From Thermoflexales bacterium (lineage in GTDB: Bacteria > Chloroflexota > Anaerolineae > J036 > Brachytrichaceae), in assembly GCA_025056895.1 (NCBI GenBank), contig JANWVJ010000001.1:9632-73631 (forward strand): a stretch of DNA of 64,000 nucleotides. Direction: 5' to 3'. A program made the translations under genes and the position numbers. The first letter of the stretch is position 1. Every line of letters begins with the position of its first letter. Under the pieces are notes generated by a model. The model ran no database searches. It was not told the DNA's origin and saw only the letters and a list, made by a program, of their open reading frames with translations. Of the stretch, positions 10,214 through 19,572 are shown one piece after another.

Positions 10214-13200
10214 ATGCGTGCAGCGAATGATCCTCTTTGCCAAGCGCTGACCCGACACGTGTCCGGTGAAGTGCGCTTCGATGACGCGATGCGCGTCCTC
10301 TACAGCACCGACGCCAGCAACTACCAGGTATGGCCGCGCGGTGTGGTGCTGCCCAAGACGGCGGACGACGTGATCGCCACAATCATGCTCTGTGCGGAAC
10401 ATGGCGTTCCGATTATTCCGCGCGGCGGCGGCAGCGGCCTATGCGGTCAGGCGATTGGCCCCGGTGTTGTCATCGACTTCTCAAAATACATGAGCCGGAT
10501 TCTGGAGTTGGATGCAGACAGTCGGCGGGCGCGCGTGCAACCCGGCCTTGTGCTGCAACAACTCAACAAACAGCTTGCGCCGTTGAGGTTGCAATTTGGC
10601 CCCGACCCAGCTAGCGGTGAGCGAGCTGTCATCGGCGGCATTATCGGCACGAACGCCACCGGCGCGCACTCGATCCGCCACGGCATGACCGCCGACCACG
10701 TGATCTCTATGCGCTGCGTATTGGCCGATGGAACACTGGTTGAGTTCGGCCCGCGCGAGAATGGCCCTCAAGGGCAACTAGAACTGGCCATCGCCGACCT
10801 CACGCGCCGCTATCAGGCGGCCATCCGACGCGACTTTCCAAAGGTGTGGCGGCGCGCCAGCGGCTACAACTTGGATTTCATCGCCGAGATGCTGGACTAT
10901 GATCCGGCGAATCCAGGCGCGGCCCTGCTCGACGCCAACTTGAAGCGCCAATCGCTCAACTACCGCTCGCACTTGGAAATGATCAGCCGCTTCAACGTGT
11001 CGCCACTGATCGTGGGTTCAGAGGGGACGCTGGCAATGGTGCTGGATGCTACGCTGAAGCTGATGCCCAAGCCGGCGCGCACAGGGCTGATGGTCTGCGC
11101 ATTCAGTTCGTTGTACGACGCGATGGACGCCACGCCGGCCATGCTCACCAGCGATCCGGCGGCGCTGGAGCTGATGGACGGCCTGATGGTGCGCCTGGCG
11201 CGCGGCTTGCCCGAACAAGCGCGCAAGATGAGCTGGTTGAGCGGAGAGCCGGACGCCGTGCTGATCGTCGAGTTCGACGGCGAAACAGAAGACGAGGTGA
11301 AAGCCGGCTTTGCACGCTTAAAGCGCGTGTTGGAAAGCGAACACATTCCTTGTTCAACGGCCGAGTTGATCGATTCACACTCTCAAGCCGACGTATGGGC
11401 TGTGCGCAAGATTGGGCTGGGCATTTTGCTCAGCATGCGCAGCGATCACAAGCCCATCTCAGTGATTGAAGATGTGGCCGTGCCGGTGGCCCGCCTGGGG
11501 GAGTATGTGCGCCGGATGCGCGAGGTATTCGCCCGGCACAAGACCGACGGCGCATTTTACGCGCATGCCAGCGCCGGCGTGCTCCATGTGCGTCCTCTGG
11601 TTAACCTCAAGACGATCGAAGGCTTGCGCACTATGGAGGACATTGGTTTGAGCGCCTTGGCGCTGTGCCGCGAGATGGGCGGCGCACTCAGCGGCGAACA
11701 CGGCGATGGCTACGAGCGCACCCGTTGGAACGAACCGCTATACGGCCAGGAGGTCTATCGCGCATTTTGCGAAGTCAAAGACGTGTTCGATCCACGCGGC
11801 CTGCTCAACCCCGGCAAAAAAGTGCGCGGCGAGGCCATGGAAGAGTTCATGCGCATGGGGCCGTGGTTGAAGTTCAAGTCGTTTTCCAGCGTCTTCACCT
11901 ATCAACAAGATGGCTCGTTCGCCGGCCTGGTCGAGCAGTGCAACGGCAACGGCATCTGCCGCAAAGTCGAAGGTGGGGTGATGTGCCCGTCATACCGCGC
12001 CACGCTGGATGAAACCCACAGCACGCGCGGACGGGCTAATCTATTACGCCACTTCATCACTGACCCAACGACGTGGAATCGGAACGGCCGGTCGGCGATC
12101 AAGCAATCCAAGCCAGAGTCATCCATCGCTCAATCAGCCTCTGTCGGCTGCCATGCAGATGTCCCGCTCATCTCAACGGAGGATGTCAAATCGGCCTTGT
12201 CGCTCTGTTTGTCGTGCAAGGCATGTCGAAGCGAATGTCCGTCCAGCGTGGACATGGCCAAACTGAAGAGCGACTTTCTGGCGCATTACTACGCCGAGCA
12301 CGGCCGGCCGTTGCGCGCCTGGCTGTTCGGCCACTTCGCCGACCTGAGCGCGTTGGCTGCTCCATTTGCTCCACTGGTCAACCGTTTGTTCGCGTTGGGC
12401 CTCACAAAGTGGATGATGAAGCGCATTGGCGTTACCGATCAACGTCCCTTCCCGCGTTTCTCATCGCAGACGTTCCGAGCGTGGTGGCGAAGACATCGGC
12501 CTACTCACCCCTCTCCACATAGCACTCCAAAAACCGTCGCGCTGTTCGTCGATACGTTCGCCAACTACAACCATCCTCACGTGGCGCACCAGGCAGTGGA
12601 ATTGTTGGAGGCAGCCGGCTACCGCGTGATCGTGCCGGACTGCAAATGCTGTGGGCGCACGTTGGTCTCGCAAGGCCAACCCGGCGAGGTCATCCCGCTC
12701 GCTCGGCACAATATCCGAACTCTTGCATCACTGGCCAAGCAAGGCGTGCCCATCCTCGGTCTGGAACCGAGCTGCATCGCGATGTTCACAGACGACTATC
12801 TGGACCTGCTGCCCGGCGAAGATACCCAACAAGTCGCCGGCGCATTTCTGGGCGTGGAAGAGTTTCTGGCGCGCGAGGCCGGCAACGGCAGCTTCGAATT
12901 GACCATGCGCTTCCCCCGCAATCCAGACGTGCTGGTGCACGGGCATTGCCATCAAAAAGCCGGCTGGGGCACGAGCCAGATGAAGCGCGCAATCACCTTG
13001 GCCGGCTACCGCGTTCAAGAGATCGATTCGACCTGCTGCGGGATGGCCGGGGCATTCGGTTATGAAGCCGAACACTTTGAGGTCTCGCGCAAAGTCGGCG
13101 AGCTATCCGTATTGCCGGCTGTGCGCGCAGCGCCGAGCGAGACGCTGATTGTAGCGCCTGGCACTTCTTGTCGCGAGCAGATCGAGCACCTGGGCGGGCG

Positions 13201-13240
13201 CCCCCCCCTGCATCCGGTGGAACTTCTGGCAATCAGATAG
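10214..13240 (+). CDS. FAD-binding and (Fe-S)-binding oxidoreductase (GlcD-like domain fused to a GlcF/LutA-like CCG domain; YdiJ-like)
   Basis: FAD_binding_4 motif IIPRGGGSGLCGQA. HGDGYER in the oxidase C-terminal domain. Two 4Fe-4S motifs CNGNGICRK..CPS and CLSCKACRSECPS. CCG motifs CKCCGRT and STCCGMAGAFG. At about 1000 aa it is similar in size to E. coli YdiJ. Confidence 0.8.
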   Translation: MRAANDPLCQALTRHVSGEVRFDDAMRVLYSTDASNYQVWPRGVVLPKTADDVIATIMLCAEHGVPIIPRGGGSGLCGQAIGPGVVIDFSKYMSRILELDADSRRARVQPGLVLQQLNKQLAPLRLQFGPDPASGERAVIGGIIGTNATGAHSIRHGMTADHVISMRCVLADGTLVEFGPRENGPQGQLELAIADLTRRYQAAIRRDFPKVWRRASGYNLDFIAEMLDYDPANPGAALLDANLKRQSLNYRSHLEMISRFNVSPLIVGSEGTLAMVLDATLKLMPKPARTGLMVCAFSSLYDAMDATPAMLTSDPAALELMDGLMVRLARGLPEQARKMSWLSGEPDAVLIVEFDGETEDEVKAGFARLKRVLESEHIPCSTAELIDSHSQADVWAVRKIGLGILLSMRSDHKPISVIEDVAVPVARLGEYVRRMREVFARHKTDGAFYAHASAGVLHVRPLVNLKTIEGLRTMEDIGLSALALCREMGGALSGEHGDGYERTRWNEPLYGQEVYRAFCEVKDVFDPRGLLNPGKKVRGEAMEEFMRMGPWLKFKSFSSVFTYQQDGSFAGLVEQCNGNGICRKVEGGVMCPSYRATLDETHSTRGRANLLRHFITDPTTWNRNGRSAIKQSKPESSIAQSASVGCHADVPLISTEDVKSALSLCLSCKACRSECPSSVDMAKLKSDFLAHYYAEHGRPLRAWLFGHFADLSALAAPFAPLVNRLFALGLTKWMMKRIGVTDQRPFPRFSSQTFRAWWRRHRPTHPSPHSTPKTVALFVDTFANYNHPHVAHQAVELLEAAGYRVIVPDCKCCGRTLVSQGQPGEVIPLARHNIRTLASLAKQGVPILGLEPSCIAMFTDDYLDLLPGEDTQQVAGAFLGVEEFLAREAGNGSFELTMRFPRNPDVLVHGHCHQKAGWGTSQMKRAITLAGYRVQEIDSTCCGMAGAFGYEAEHFEVSRKVGELSVLPAVRAAPSETLIVAPGTSCREQIEHLGGRPPLHPVELLAIR

Positions 13241-13242
13241 GC

Positions 13243-14073
13243 ATGTCTCAGATCACCAGCCGCAGCAACCCGCGCGTCAAACAGATGCGCGCGCTGCGCC
13301 AACGCAAAGAGCGAGAGGCAACCGGCTTGTGCCTGATCGAAGGTGTGCGCCACGTGACCGAGGCCGCCTCAGCCGGCATCACTCTAGAGAGCATCGCGTA
13401 TGCGCCTGAACAACTCACCAGCCCCTTTGTGCTGGCGTTCATTCGGCAACAAGCGGAACGCGGCGTCTCCTGTCTGGCGCTCAGCAGCGAGGTGTTCGAC
13501 TCAATCGCCGACAAGGACAGCCCACAAAGCATCGTAGCGATTGCCCATCAACGCACGACCGACCTGGCCGAGTTGTCGCCGGCCAACATGGCGTGGGGCG
13601 TGGCGCTGGTCGCCCCCCAAGACCCCGGCAATGTCGGCTCGATTCTTCGCACGATGAATGCAGTCGGCGCCGGCGCGCTCATTCTGATCGATTCAGCCGT
13701 CGATCCCTATCATCCGACTTGCATCCGCGCCAGCATGGGCGCGCTGTTCTGGCATCCGGTGACACGAGCGACGTTTGGCCAGTTCGCAACATGGGCAAGC
13801 AAGCAGGGGTATCACATTCTCGGCACATCTGTGCACGGGACGGTGGATTATCGACAAGCGGATTACACGCCGCCGCTGGTGCTGTTAATGGGCAGTGAGC
13901 GGGAAGGATTGTCTGAGAGGCAAGAAGAGATTTGCCGCCAACTGGTGCGCCTGCCGATGCGAGGACGGGTTAGCTCACTCAATCTGTCTGTGGCAACCGG
14001 CGTGATGTTGTACGCCGCCTTTGAGCGGTTAGAGATGAGCGTGCCTCACCGATGCGAACAGCCATCACTTTGA
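13243..14073 (+). CDS. TrmH/SpoU family RNA 2'-O-methyltransferase
   Basis: NPRVKQMRAL, DPGNVGSILRTMNAVGAGALILI, LLMGSEREGLS and SLNLSVATGVMLY. The start is moved to ATG 13243, just after the upstream stop. The ORF-track start at 13168 overlaps the previous gene. Confidence 0.8.
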   Translation: MSQITSRSNPRVKQMRALRQRKEREATGLCLIEGVRHVTEAASAGITLESIAYAPEQLTSPFVLAFIRQQAERGVSCLALSSEVFDSIADKDSPQSIVAIAHQRTTDLAELSPANMAWGVALVAPQDPGNVGSILRTMNAVGAGALILIDSAVDPYHPTCIRASMGALFWHPVTRATFGQFATWASKQGYHILGTSVHGTVDYRQADYTPPLVLLMGSEREGLSERQEEICRQLVRLPMRGRVSSLNLSVATGVMLYAAFERLEMSVPHRCEQPSL

Positions 14074-15019
14074 GATAAGGCTGTTGGCCAGGGGCGAGCG
14101 GGAAGTCCGGAGCGGGTTCATGAAAAGTGCGCACGACTCGCGCCGCTGACTCGCGCAGTCCTTCCCTCACTCGCCTGTGAAAAGCAGGTTGCGCCATTTG
14201 ATGGTGATTCGTGGCGACAATCAACACACCGTCCGGCTGCACGATCTGCGCGCCCAGCCTGACCAGCTCGGTCAAATCACGCTCCACTGAAAAGCGTGAT
14301 AGGCGAGTGGTCGAGAAGCTGGGCGGATCAAGGATCACCATGTCGAAGCGCTCTTCTCGACGAGCAAAACGCCTCAGCCAGTCGAACACATCTCCAGATA
14401 CAAAGTCGGTCCTGACCGCCGGCAGGTTATTCAGCGCATAATTGCGCGCACCCCATTCGAGAACGCGCCGCGAGATGTCCAAATTGAGCACGCGCGCTGC
14501 TCCGCCTGCCATCGCTGCCACACCAAAGGCGCACGTGTAGGCAAACGTGTTCAATACAGTTTTGCCGGCTGCCACAGCGCGCACCCAACTGCGCACATCA
14601 CGCATATCGAGGAACAAGCCGGGATTTAAGCCATCGGCAGGATGAATCTCGAAGCTCAATCCACCTTCCAGGGCAACGACACACGCAACAGCTTCACCCC
14701 AAATCGGCACAAGCGGGGCCAACTCGGCGCGCACCTGTTCGCTCAGCACGTTGGCCTGCGCCGGCCGGTATTTCACATAGACTGCCCTGGCGCCGGCGCG
14801 TTCGGCCAAGGCGCGTAGGATGTGCATCGGCGGATCGACCACGCGGCCGGCACTGTACACATGTGCGACCAGCACATCGCCGTACCGATCAACTGCCAAA
14901 TCGGGAAGCCCATCTCCCTCACGATTGATGAGGCGGTAAGCGGTGGTATGCGACGCATCGTGCAACCCGCTGCGGCGTTGCCAGGCAACATCAAGCAGCC
15001 TGGCCGGCGGTGCTGTCAT
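13979..15019 (-). CDS. Class I SAM-dependent rRNA methyltransferase, RlmI/RlmK-like
   Basis: YRLINREGDGLPDLAVDRYGDVLV resembles RlmI ([24 protein letters not shown]). Methyltransferase core VLNTFAYTCAFGVAA, VLNLDIS and FDMVILDPPSF. The start is placed at the internal Met, 15019. Confidence 0.7.
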   Translation of the reverse strand: MTAPPARLLDVAWQRRSGLHDASHTTAYRLINREGDGLPDLAVDRYGDVLVAHVYSAGRVVDPPMHILRALAERAGARAVYVKYRPAQANVLSEQVRAELAPLVPIWGEAVACVVALEGGLSFEIHPADGLNPGLFLDMRDVRSWVRAVAAGKTVLNTFAYTCAFGVAAMAGGAARVLNLDISRRVLEWGARNYALNNLPAVRTDFVSGDVFDWLRRFARREERFDMVILDPPSFSTTRLSRFSVERDLTELVRLGAQIVQPDGVLIVATNHHQMAQPAFHRRVREGLRESAARVVRTFHEPAPDFPLAPGQQPYLKVMAVRIGEARSSLTAQRRRTTSRRLPQTD

Positions 15020-15181
15020 ACAGGGAGGAATTGTAGCGGAGGAGAAGGTGAGTGAAGGCGACACCTTTGCCCGACCGTCATTTGCTTCGCGTAACCCCAA
15101 CGCCGGCAAATGCTCAATCGAGCCGACAAGACGGTTCTTGAGTGTGACGAGAGTAATTGAGGACGGCGCTACAATCAGCCT

Positions 15182-16174
15182 ATGTCAATTGATCTGCGTC
15201 AACATGTCATTGCAGTAGATTTGGGCGGCACCAACATCCGCGCCGCACTGTGCGACCAAGAGGGACGCATCCTCAAGCGCCACAAACAACTAACCTTAGC
15301 CGAAGAAGGGCCGGAAGCAGTAATCAATCGTATCGTCGATTCGATTCAGCATGTCATGCCTGAGGCTGGAACCGCAGCCGTGAAAGCCGTGGCAGCCGCC
15401 TGTCCCGGCCCGCTCGATCCGTTTATAGGGGTCGTGATGTACGCGCCGAACTTACCGGGCTGGATCGACATTCCCCTGCGCGACATCCTCCGGCAGCGTC
15501 TGGGGCTGCCGGTCGCGATTGGCAACGACGCCAATCTGGCTGCGTTGGGTGAACAACGATACGGCGCCGGACGCGGCATGAAAGACTTGGTGTACGTGAC
15601 CATCAGCACCGGCATCGGCGGCGGGGTTATTTTGAACAATCAGTTGGTGCTGGGCATGCGCGGCCTGGCCGCTGAAATCGGCCACACCACGCTCGACATC
15701 CACGCGGACTGGACGCACGCCGGTGTGCCGGGCAGCTTCGAGGGCTATGCCTCAGGCACCGGCATCGCCCGCTTGGCGCATCACAAACTGCGCGCGCAAT
15801 TACATGCCCAACAAGAGCGCGGCGCCCCGCTTTCGCGCATGGTCGAACTGGCCGGCGGAGACATTGATGCCGTCACGGCCAAAGAAGTCGGCGAGGCGGC
15901 CCGCTGCAACGATCCGCTAGCTTTGGAGATCATCGCCGAGGTCGCGCGGATTATCGGACTGGGATTCGTCAACTTGCTACACTTGTATGACCCGGCCATC
16001 ATCGTGGTGGGCGGCAGTGTGTCGCTGATGGGCGATCTGCTGTTCGAGCCGGTGCGCCGAACGGTGCAGCAATATGCCATGCTCCCGTATCGAGATCGGC
16101 CTATCGTACCGGCAGCGTTGGGAGACGATTGTGGATTGCTGGGCGCAGCCGCCCTGGCATTTGATCTTGCGTAG
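15182..16174 (+). CDS. ROK family sugar kinase (glucokinase-like)
   Basis: N-terminal ATP motif AVDLGGTNIRAAL. NDANLAALGE. ISTGIGGGVI. C-terminal GDDCGLLGAAALA. Confidence 0.75.
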   Translation: MSIDLRQHVIAVDLGGTNIRAALCDQEGRILKRHKQLTLAEEGPEAVINRIVDSIQHVMPEAGTAAVKAVAAACPGPLDPFIGVVMYAPNLPGWIDIPLRDILRQRLGLPVAIGNDANLAALGEQRYGAGRGMKDLVYVTISTGIGGGVILNNQLVLGMRGLAAEIGHTTLDIHADWTHAGVPGSFEGYASGTGIARLAHHKLRAQLHAQQERGAPLSRMVELAGGDIDAVTAKEVGEAARCNDPLALEIIAEVARIIGLGFVNLLHLYDPAIIVVGGSVSLMGDLLFEPVRRTVQQYAMLPYRDRPIVPAALGDDCGLLGAAALAFDLA

Positions 16175-16211
16175 CCGGTCACCGGCGACAGTGTGTATGC
16201 AGGAGGTTTCA

Positions 16212-16661
16212 ATGAACATCACCGGCGCCGATCACACCAGCTTCAGCGTCTCGAATCTTGAACGGTCGCTCTCGTTCTACACCAATGTGTTGGGGTTCAA
16301 GCTGCTTTGGCAACGTGAGATCACCAACCAGTATTTTCGAGACATTGTCGGCATTCCGGATTGTGTGGTCAAAGCCGCTCACTTGGCGATTCCGAATTCT
16401 TCGCACAAACTGGAACTGTTCGAGTACGCCGCGCCGCGCGGGACGCCGGCTGTGCCTAAGGTAAACCAGCCCGGTAGCGCACACCTGTCGCTGTATGTGG
16501 ACGATTTGCCGGCTGCTTATGAAGAACTGAGAGCGAAAGGAGTTCAATTCCGCTCTCCGCCCATCGAGATCGACGCCGGCGCAAACAAAGGCGGCTGGGC
16601 GTTATACCTGCTCGACCCAGACGGCATACCGGTCGAGTTGTTCCAGCCGCCGGCGCGCTGA
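16212..16661 (+). CDS. VOC (glyoxalase/bleomycin resistance/dioxygenase) family protein
   Basis: MNITGADHTSFSVSNLERSLSFYTNVLGF..GSAHLSLYVDDL..LDPDGIPVELFQ. AGGAGG lies 5 nt upstream of ATG 16212. The longer ORF-track start overlaps the ROK gene. Confidence 0.75.
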   Translation: MNITGADHTSFSVSNLERSLSFYTNVLGFKLLWQREITNQYFRDIVGIPDCVVKAAHLAIPNSSHKLELFEYAAPRGTPAVPKVNQPGSAHLSLYVDDLPAAYEELRAKGVQFRSPPIEIDAGANKGGWALYLLDPDGIPVELFQPPAR

Positions 16662-16757
16662 GTGCACTGTTTCGCCGGCATAAGCCCACTGAGGCCACGC
16701 ACAGTTTGAGGGCCGGAGGGCGGGGGCGCAGTCCCTTCCCCACTTTCAACAAGCAAA

Positions 16758-18398
16758 CTAGAGTTCGTCTTTTGTCAGTGAATTGAGGAACTCTTCATTG
16801 TTCTTGGTGCGGGCGAATCGCTGCAAGAAAGCTTCCATCGCAGTGGTGATGTCATAGCCGGCCCCTTGCGGCTGGGGTGTGGTTAACTGGGCCAGCATCC
16901 GCCGCATCAGGTAGGTGCGCTGGCTGACCTTCTCACCTAATAGCAGTTCATCGCGCCGTGTGCCACTGCGCTCGATATCAATCGCCGGGAAGATGCGGCG
17001 GTCGGCTAGCTTGCGCGATAGATGCAGTTCCATGTTGCCGGTGCCTTTGAACTCCTCGTAGATCATGTCATCCATACGGCTGCCGGTGTCCACCAAGACG
17101 GTGGCAATGATGGTCAAACTGCCGCCCTCCTCGATGTTGCGGGCTGCGCCAAAGAAGGCTTTGGGCGGGTAGAGCGCTGCCGGGTCCACACCGCCGGACA
17201 ACGTGCGTCCGCTCGAAGCAACCGTTAAGTTGTACGCACGACTTAGGCGCGTGAGTGAATCGAGCAGGATGACGACGTGCCGGCCGCACTCGACCAGACG
17301 TTTGGCGCGCGCCAGCACCATCTCGGCCACGCGTACATGGTTTTGCACCGGCTCGTCAAATGTGCTGGCCACTACTTCTGCTTCCACCGAGCGGTCCATA
17401 TCGGTGGCTTCCTCAGGACGCTCGGCAATCAATGCCACCATCAGATGGGTGTCCCGGTAGCGTGCGCTGATGGCATTCGCAATATCTTTCAGAAAGGTCG
17501 TCTTGCCGACCTTGGGCGGCGCGACAATCAGGCCACGCTGTCCTTTCCCGATTGGCGCTACCAGATTCAACAACCGCATGCTGATCTTGTTTGTGCCTTC
17601 CAGGTTGTAAATCTCATCGGGAAAGATCGGCGTCAGCTTCTCGAAGATAGGGCGATTCTTCGCTTGTTCTGGGTCTTGTCCATTGACTGCTTCGACGCGC
17701 AGCAGACTGAAGTACTTCTCGCCTTCCTTCGGCGGGCGCACCTGTCCGACCACCATATCGCCGGTTCGCAGGCCGAAGCGTTTGATCTGCGAAGGGGATA
17801 CGTAAATATCATCAGGCCCGGGCAGGTAATGCTCGGCGCGCAGAAAGCCGATGTTATCGTCCACAATATCTAGCACGCCGCCGCGCAACTCCAAGCCATG
17901 TCGCTCGGCTTGCGCCTGTAGTAGACGGATGATCAGGTCGTCTTTTTTCAGCCGGCTGTAACCGGATATTCCCATATCTCGGGCGCGGTCGCGCAGTTCG
18001 CCTAGCGTCTCGCGCTCGAGTTGCGCCATATCGATCATATTGCGCCGCCCGCGCATGATGTGCACCTGAGGCGGGTGCACCGCAGGCTGAACAGGGGGGG
18101 GCGGCGGGGCCGTGTATTGCGGTGCGGGTGTCTCGACTACCGTCTCGACTATCGCTTCAGGCACCCCATTTGTTGTTGTATTGTCGGCGTCAACTTGGAG
18201 TGTTGGTTGCGCTTCGGCGCCATCCACAGGCGGCGCATCATTCGTCTGGCTCACCTCGCTTACAACGCCATTAGGGGGCTGCGCCTGAGCCGCATCGATT
18301 ATCGCTGCATCAACCTTATTTTGGGTCGGATCAGCGTCGGGGGTTTCTGATGAACGGTTGGCTGCAATGGTGCTTGCCTTAGATCGTCTTGGACTCAT
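16758..18398 (-). CDS. rho: Transcription termination factor Rho with a ~125-aa low-complexity N-terminal extension
   Basis: Rho N-terminal and RNA-binding region [25 protein letters not shown] and [14 protein letters not shown]. Walker [16 protein letters not shown]. Conserved C-terminus SGTRRDELL. The first ~125 aa are rich in A/P/Q/V/T/D and lie upstream of the canonical domain. Confidence 0.9.
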   Translation of the reverse strand: MSPRRSKASTIAANRSSETPDADPTQNKVDAAIIDAAQAQPPNGVVSEVSQTNDAPPVDGAEAQPTLQVDADNTTTNGVPEAIVETVVETPAPQYTAPPPPPVQPAVHPPQVHIMRGRRNMIDMAQLERETLGELRDRARDMGISGYSRLKKDDLIIRLLQAQAERHGLELRGGVLDIVDDNIGFLRAEHYLPGPDDIYVSPSQIKRFGLRTGDMVVGQVRPPKEGEKYFSLLRVEAVNGQDPEQAKNRPIFEKLTPIFPDEIYNLEGTNKISMRLLNLVAPIGKGQRGLIVAPPKVGKTTFLKDIANAISARYRDTHLMVALIAERPEEATDMDRSVEAEVVASTFDEPVQNHVRVAEMVLARAKRLVECGRHVVILLDSLTRLSRAYNLTVASSGRTLSGGVDPAALYPPKAFFGAARNIEEGGSLTIIATVLVDTGSRMDDMIYEEFKGTGNMELHLSRKLADRRIFPAIDIERSGTRRDELLLGEKVSQRTYLMRRMLAQLTTPQPQGAGYDITTAMEAFLQRFARTKNNEEFLNSLTKDEL

Positions 18399-18649
18399 AT
18401 CTCGACTGCACTTTCCTCATCATGCTTCAACAGGTTGCATCACAGCGCCGAACGCTGTCAATAAACTACCGACTCATCTCTGTTGCTCGGAGCTTGGCAG
18501 ACACCGTTCGTCCAACGAGGTATCGCGGTTTTCAGGCATCACAAACGCGCGGCCGGCAATTCACTGTCGCGCTTTTACAACACGCGCAGGCGCAAACGGC
18601 TGCTGTGCGGCGTCCTGGAGTTCTTAAAGCAGATCAGCGCGGCTGCTAC

Positions 18650-18678
18650 AGTATAGACACATTAGTTAGGTGCGTCAA
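18650..18678 (-). promoter_or_regulatory. Sigma70-type promoter TTGACG-17-TATACT for rho
   Basis: On the minus strand the -35 TTGACG is at 18678-18673 and the -10 TATACT at 18655-18650, with a 17-nt spacer. This predicts a rho 5' UTR of about 245 nt. Confidence 0.55.
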
Positions 18679-18700
18679 GTACGCTGCTCTGCTCACACAA

Positions 18701-18774
18701 TCGGGGAACCGGGATTTGAACCCGGGACCTCACGGTCCCAAACCGTGCGCGCTACCAGGCTGCGCCATTCCCCG
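18701..18774 (-). tRNA. tRNA-Pro (anticodon UGG)
   Basis: Minus-strand sequence CGGGGAAUGGCGCAGCCUGGUAGCGCGCACGGUUUGGGACCGUGAGGUCCCGGGUUCAAAUCCCGGUUCCCCGA folds by hand into a cloverleaf. It has a 7-bp acceptor stem, a GCGC D stem, a CACGG/CCGUG anticodon stem with loop UUUGGGA, and a CCGGG/CCCGG T stem with UUCAAAU. CCA is not encoded. Confidence 0.9.
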
Positions 18775-18822
18775 TGGGCGGTATGATTATAGCATCTACC
18801 CCTCACTATAATTCATAGCATT

Positions 18823-19572
18823 GTGCGCCAAGTGGTGTTGTGGATATTGACTTTCGCTTTGAACTGGCTCTTGCTCTGCCCTGCCCGGCCGGCGTTGGCT
18901 TCCTATTTTGCACCGGCCGTTCCCATCCGCGCCCAAGAGAGCGACAATCCACCATCGGAAGAAGCTGCGTTGCAATCCCTGAAGGCAATTCTGGACGACC
19001 CGGCCTTGCAGAAGCCCATATCCACCCCGGCAACCCAGCGTGATGAGCACGAGGCGCAAGTCGATCTGCAACTGCCACGCATTGGCGTCGAGGCGATTCG
19101 CTTTGCGTTGGCGCTGGCCGGCGGCGCCGGCATCCTAGCTTTGATCATCGCACTCGGCCCAGCATTGTTTCAATCTCTCGTGGTGCGGCGCACGAAATTG
19201 GCTCGCCCAGGCGCACCGACCTTCGACGAAGCGACGACTTCAGCTGAGGCCGTGACGCGCGCGCAGCATGCGTCAGCGCTCCAAGACTACCGACTTGCAG
19301 TGCGCTTGTTGTACCTAGCTTGTTTGCTGCGCCTCGATGAGCGCGGCGCACTACGCTACGACAGGACACAGACCAATCGTGAATACGTGCGCCAAATTGC
19401 CGATCGCCCGGCGCTGGCCGAGGCATTGCGGCAAGTAGTTGAAGTATTTGATGACGTGTGGTATGGCTTTCGACCGATCACGCCTCAAGGCTATCAAGCG
19501 TTTGAACAGCATGTTCGGCAACTGTTGGATTTAACTCAGCCTGGCGCACAACCCACTACCTCGAACACATGA
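18823..19572 (+). CDS. DUF4129 domain-containing membrane protein
   Basis: N-terminal signal/TM segment, a central TM, and a C-terminal TNREYVRQIADRPALAEALRQVVEVFDDVWYGFRPITP pattern typical of DUF4129. An ATGA overlap links it to the next gene. Confidence 0.65.
   Translation: MRQVVLWILTFALNWLLLCPARPALASYFAPAVPIRAQESDNPPSEEAALQSLKAILDDPALQKPISTPATQRDEHEAQVDLQLPRIGVEAIRFALALAGGAGILALIIALGPALFQSLVVRRTKLARPGAPTFDEATTSAEAVTRAQHASALQDYRLAVRLLYLACLLRLDERGALRYDRTQTNREYVRQIADRPALAEALRQVVEVFDDVWYGFRPITPQGYQAFEQHVRQLLDLTQPGAQPTTSNT

Noticed and set aside
13979-14073. 95-nt convergent overlap of the TrmH-family and RlmI-like genes (and a 64-nt overlap of rluE with the S8 protease at 1303-1366)
   Set aside because: These are most likely benign 3'-end overlaps, or a slightly late stop, in a GC-rich genome. 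There is no independent signal of function.
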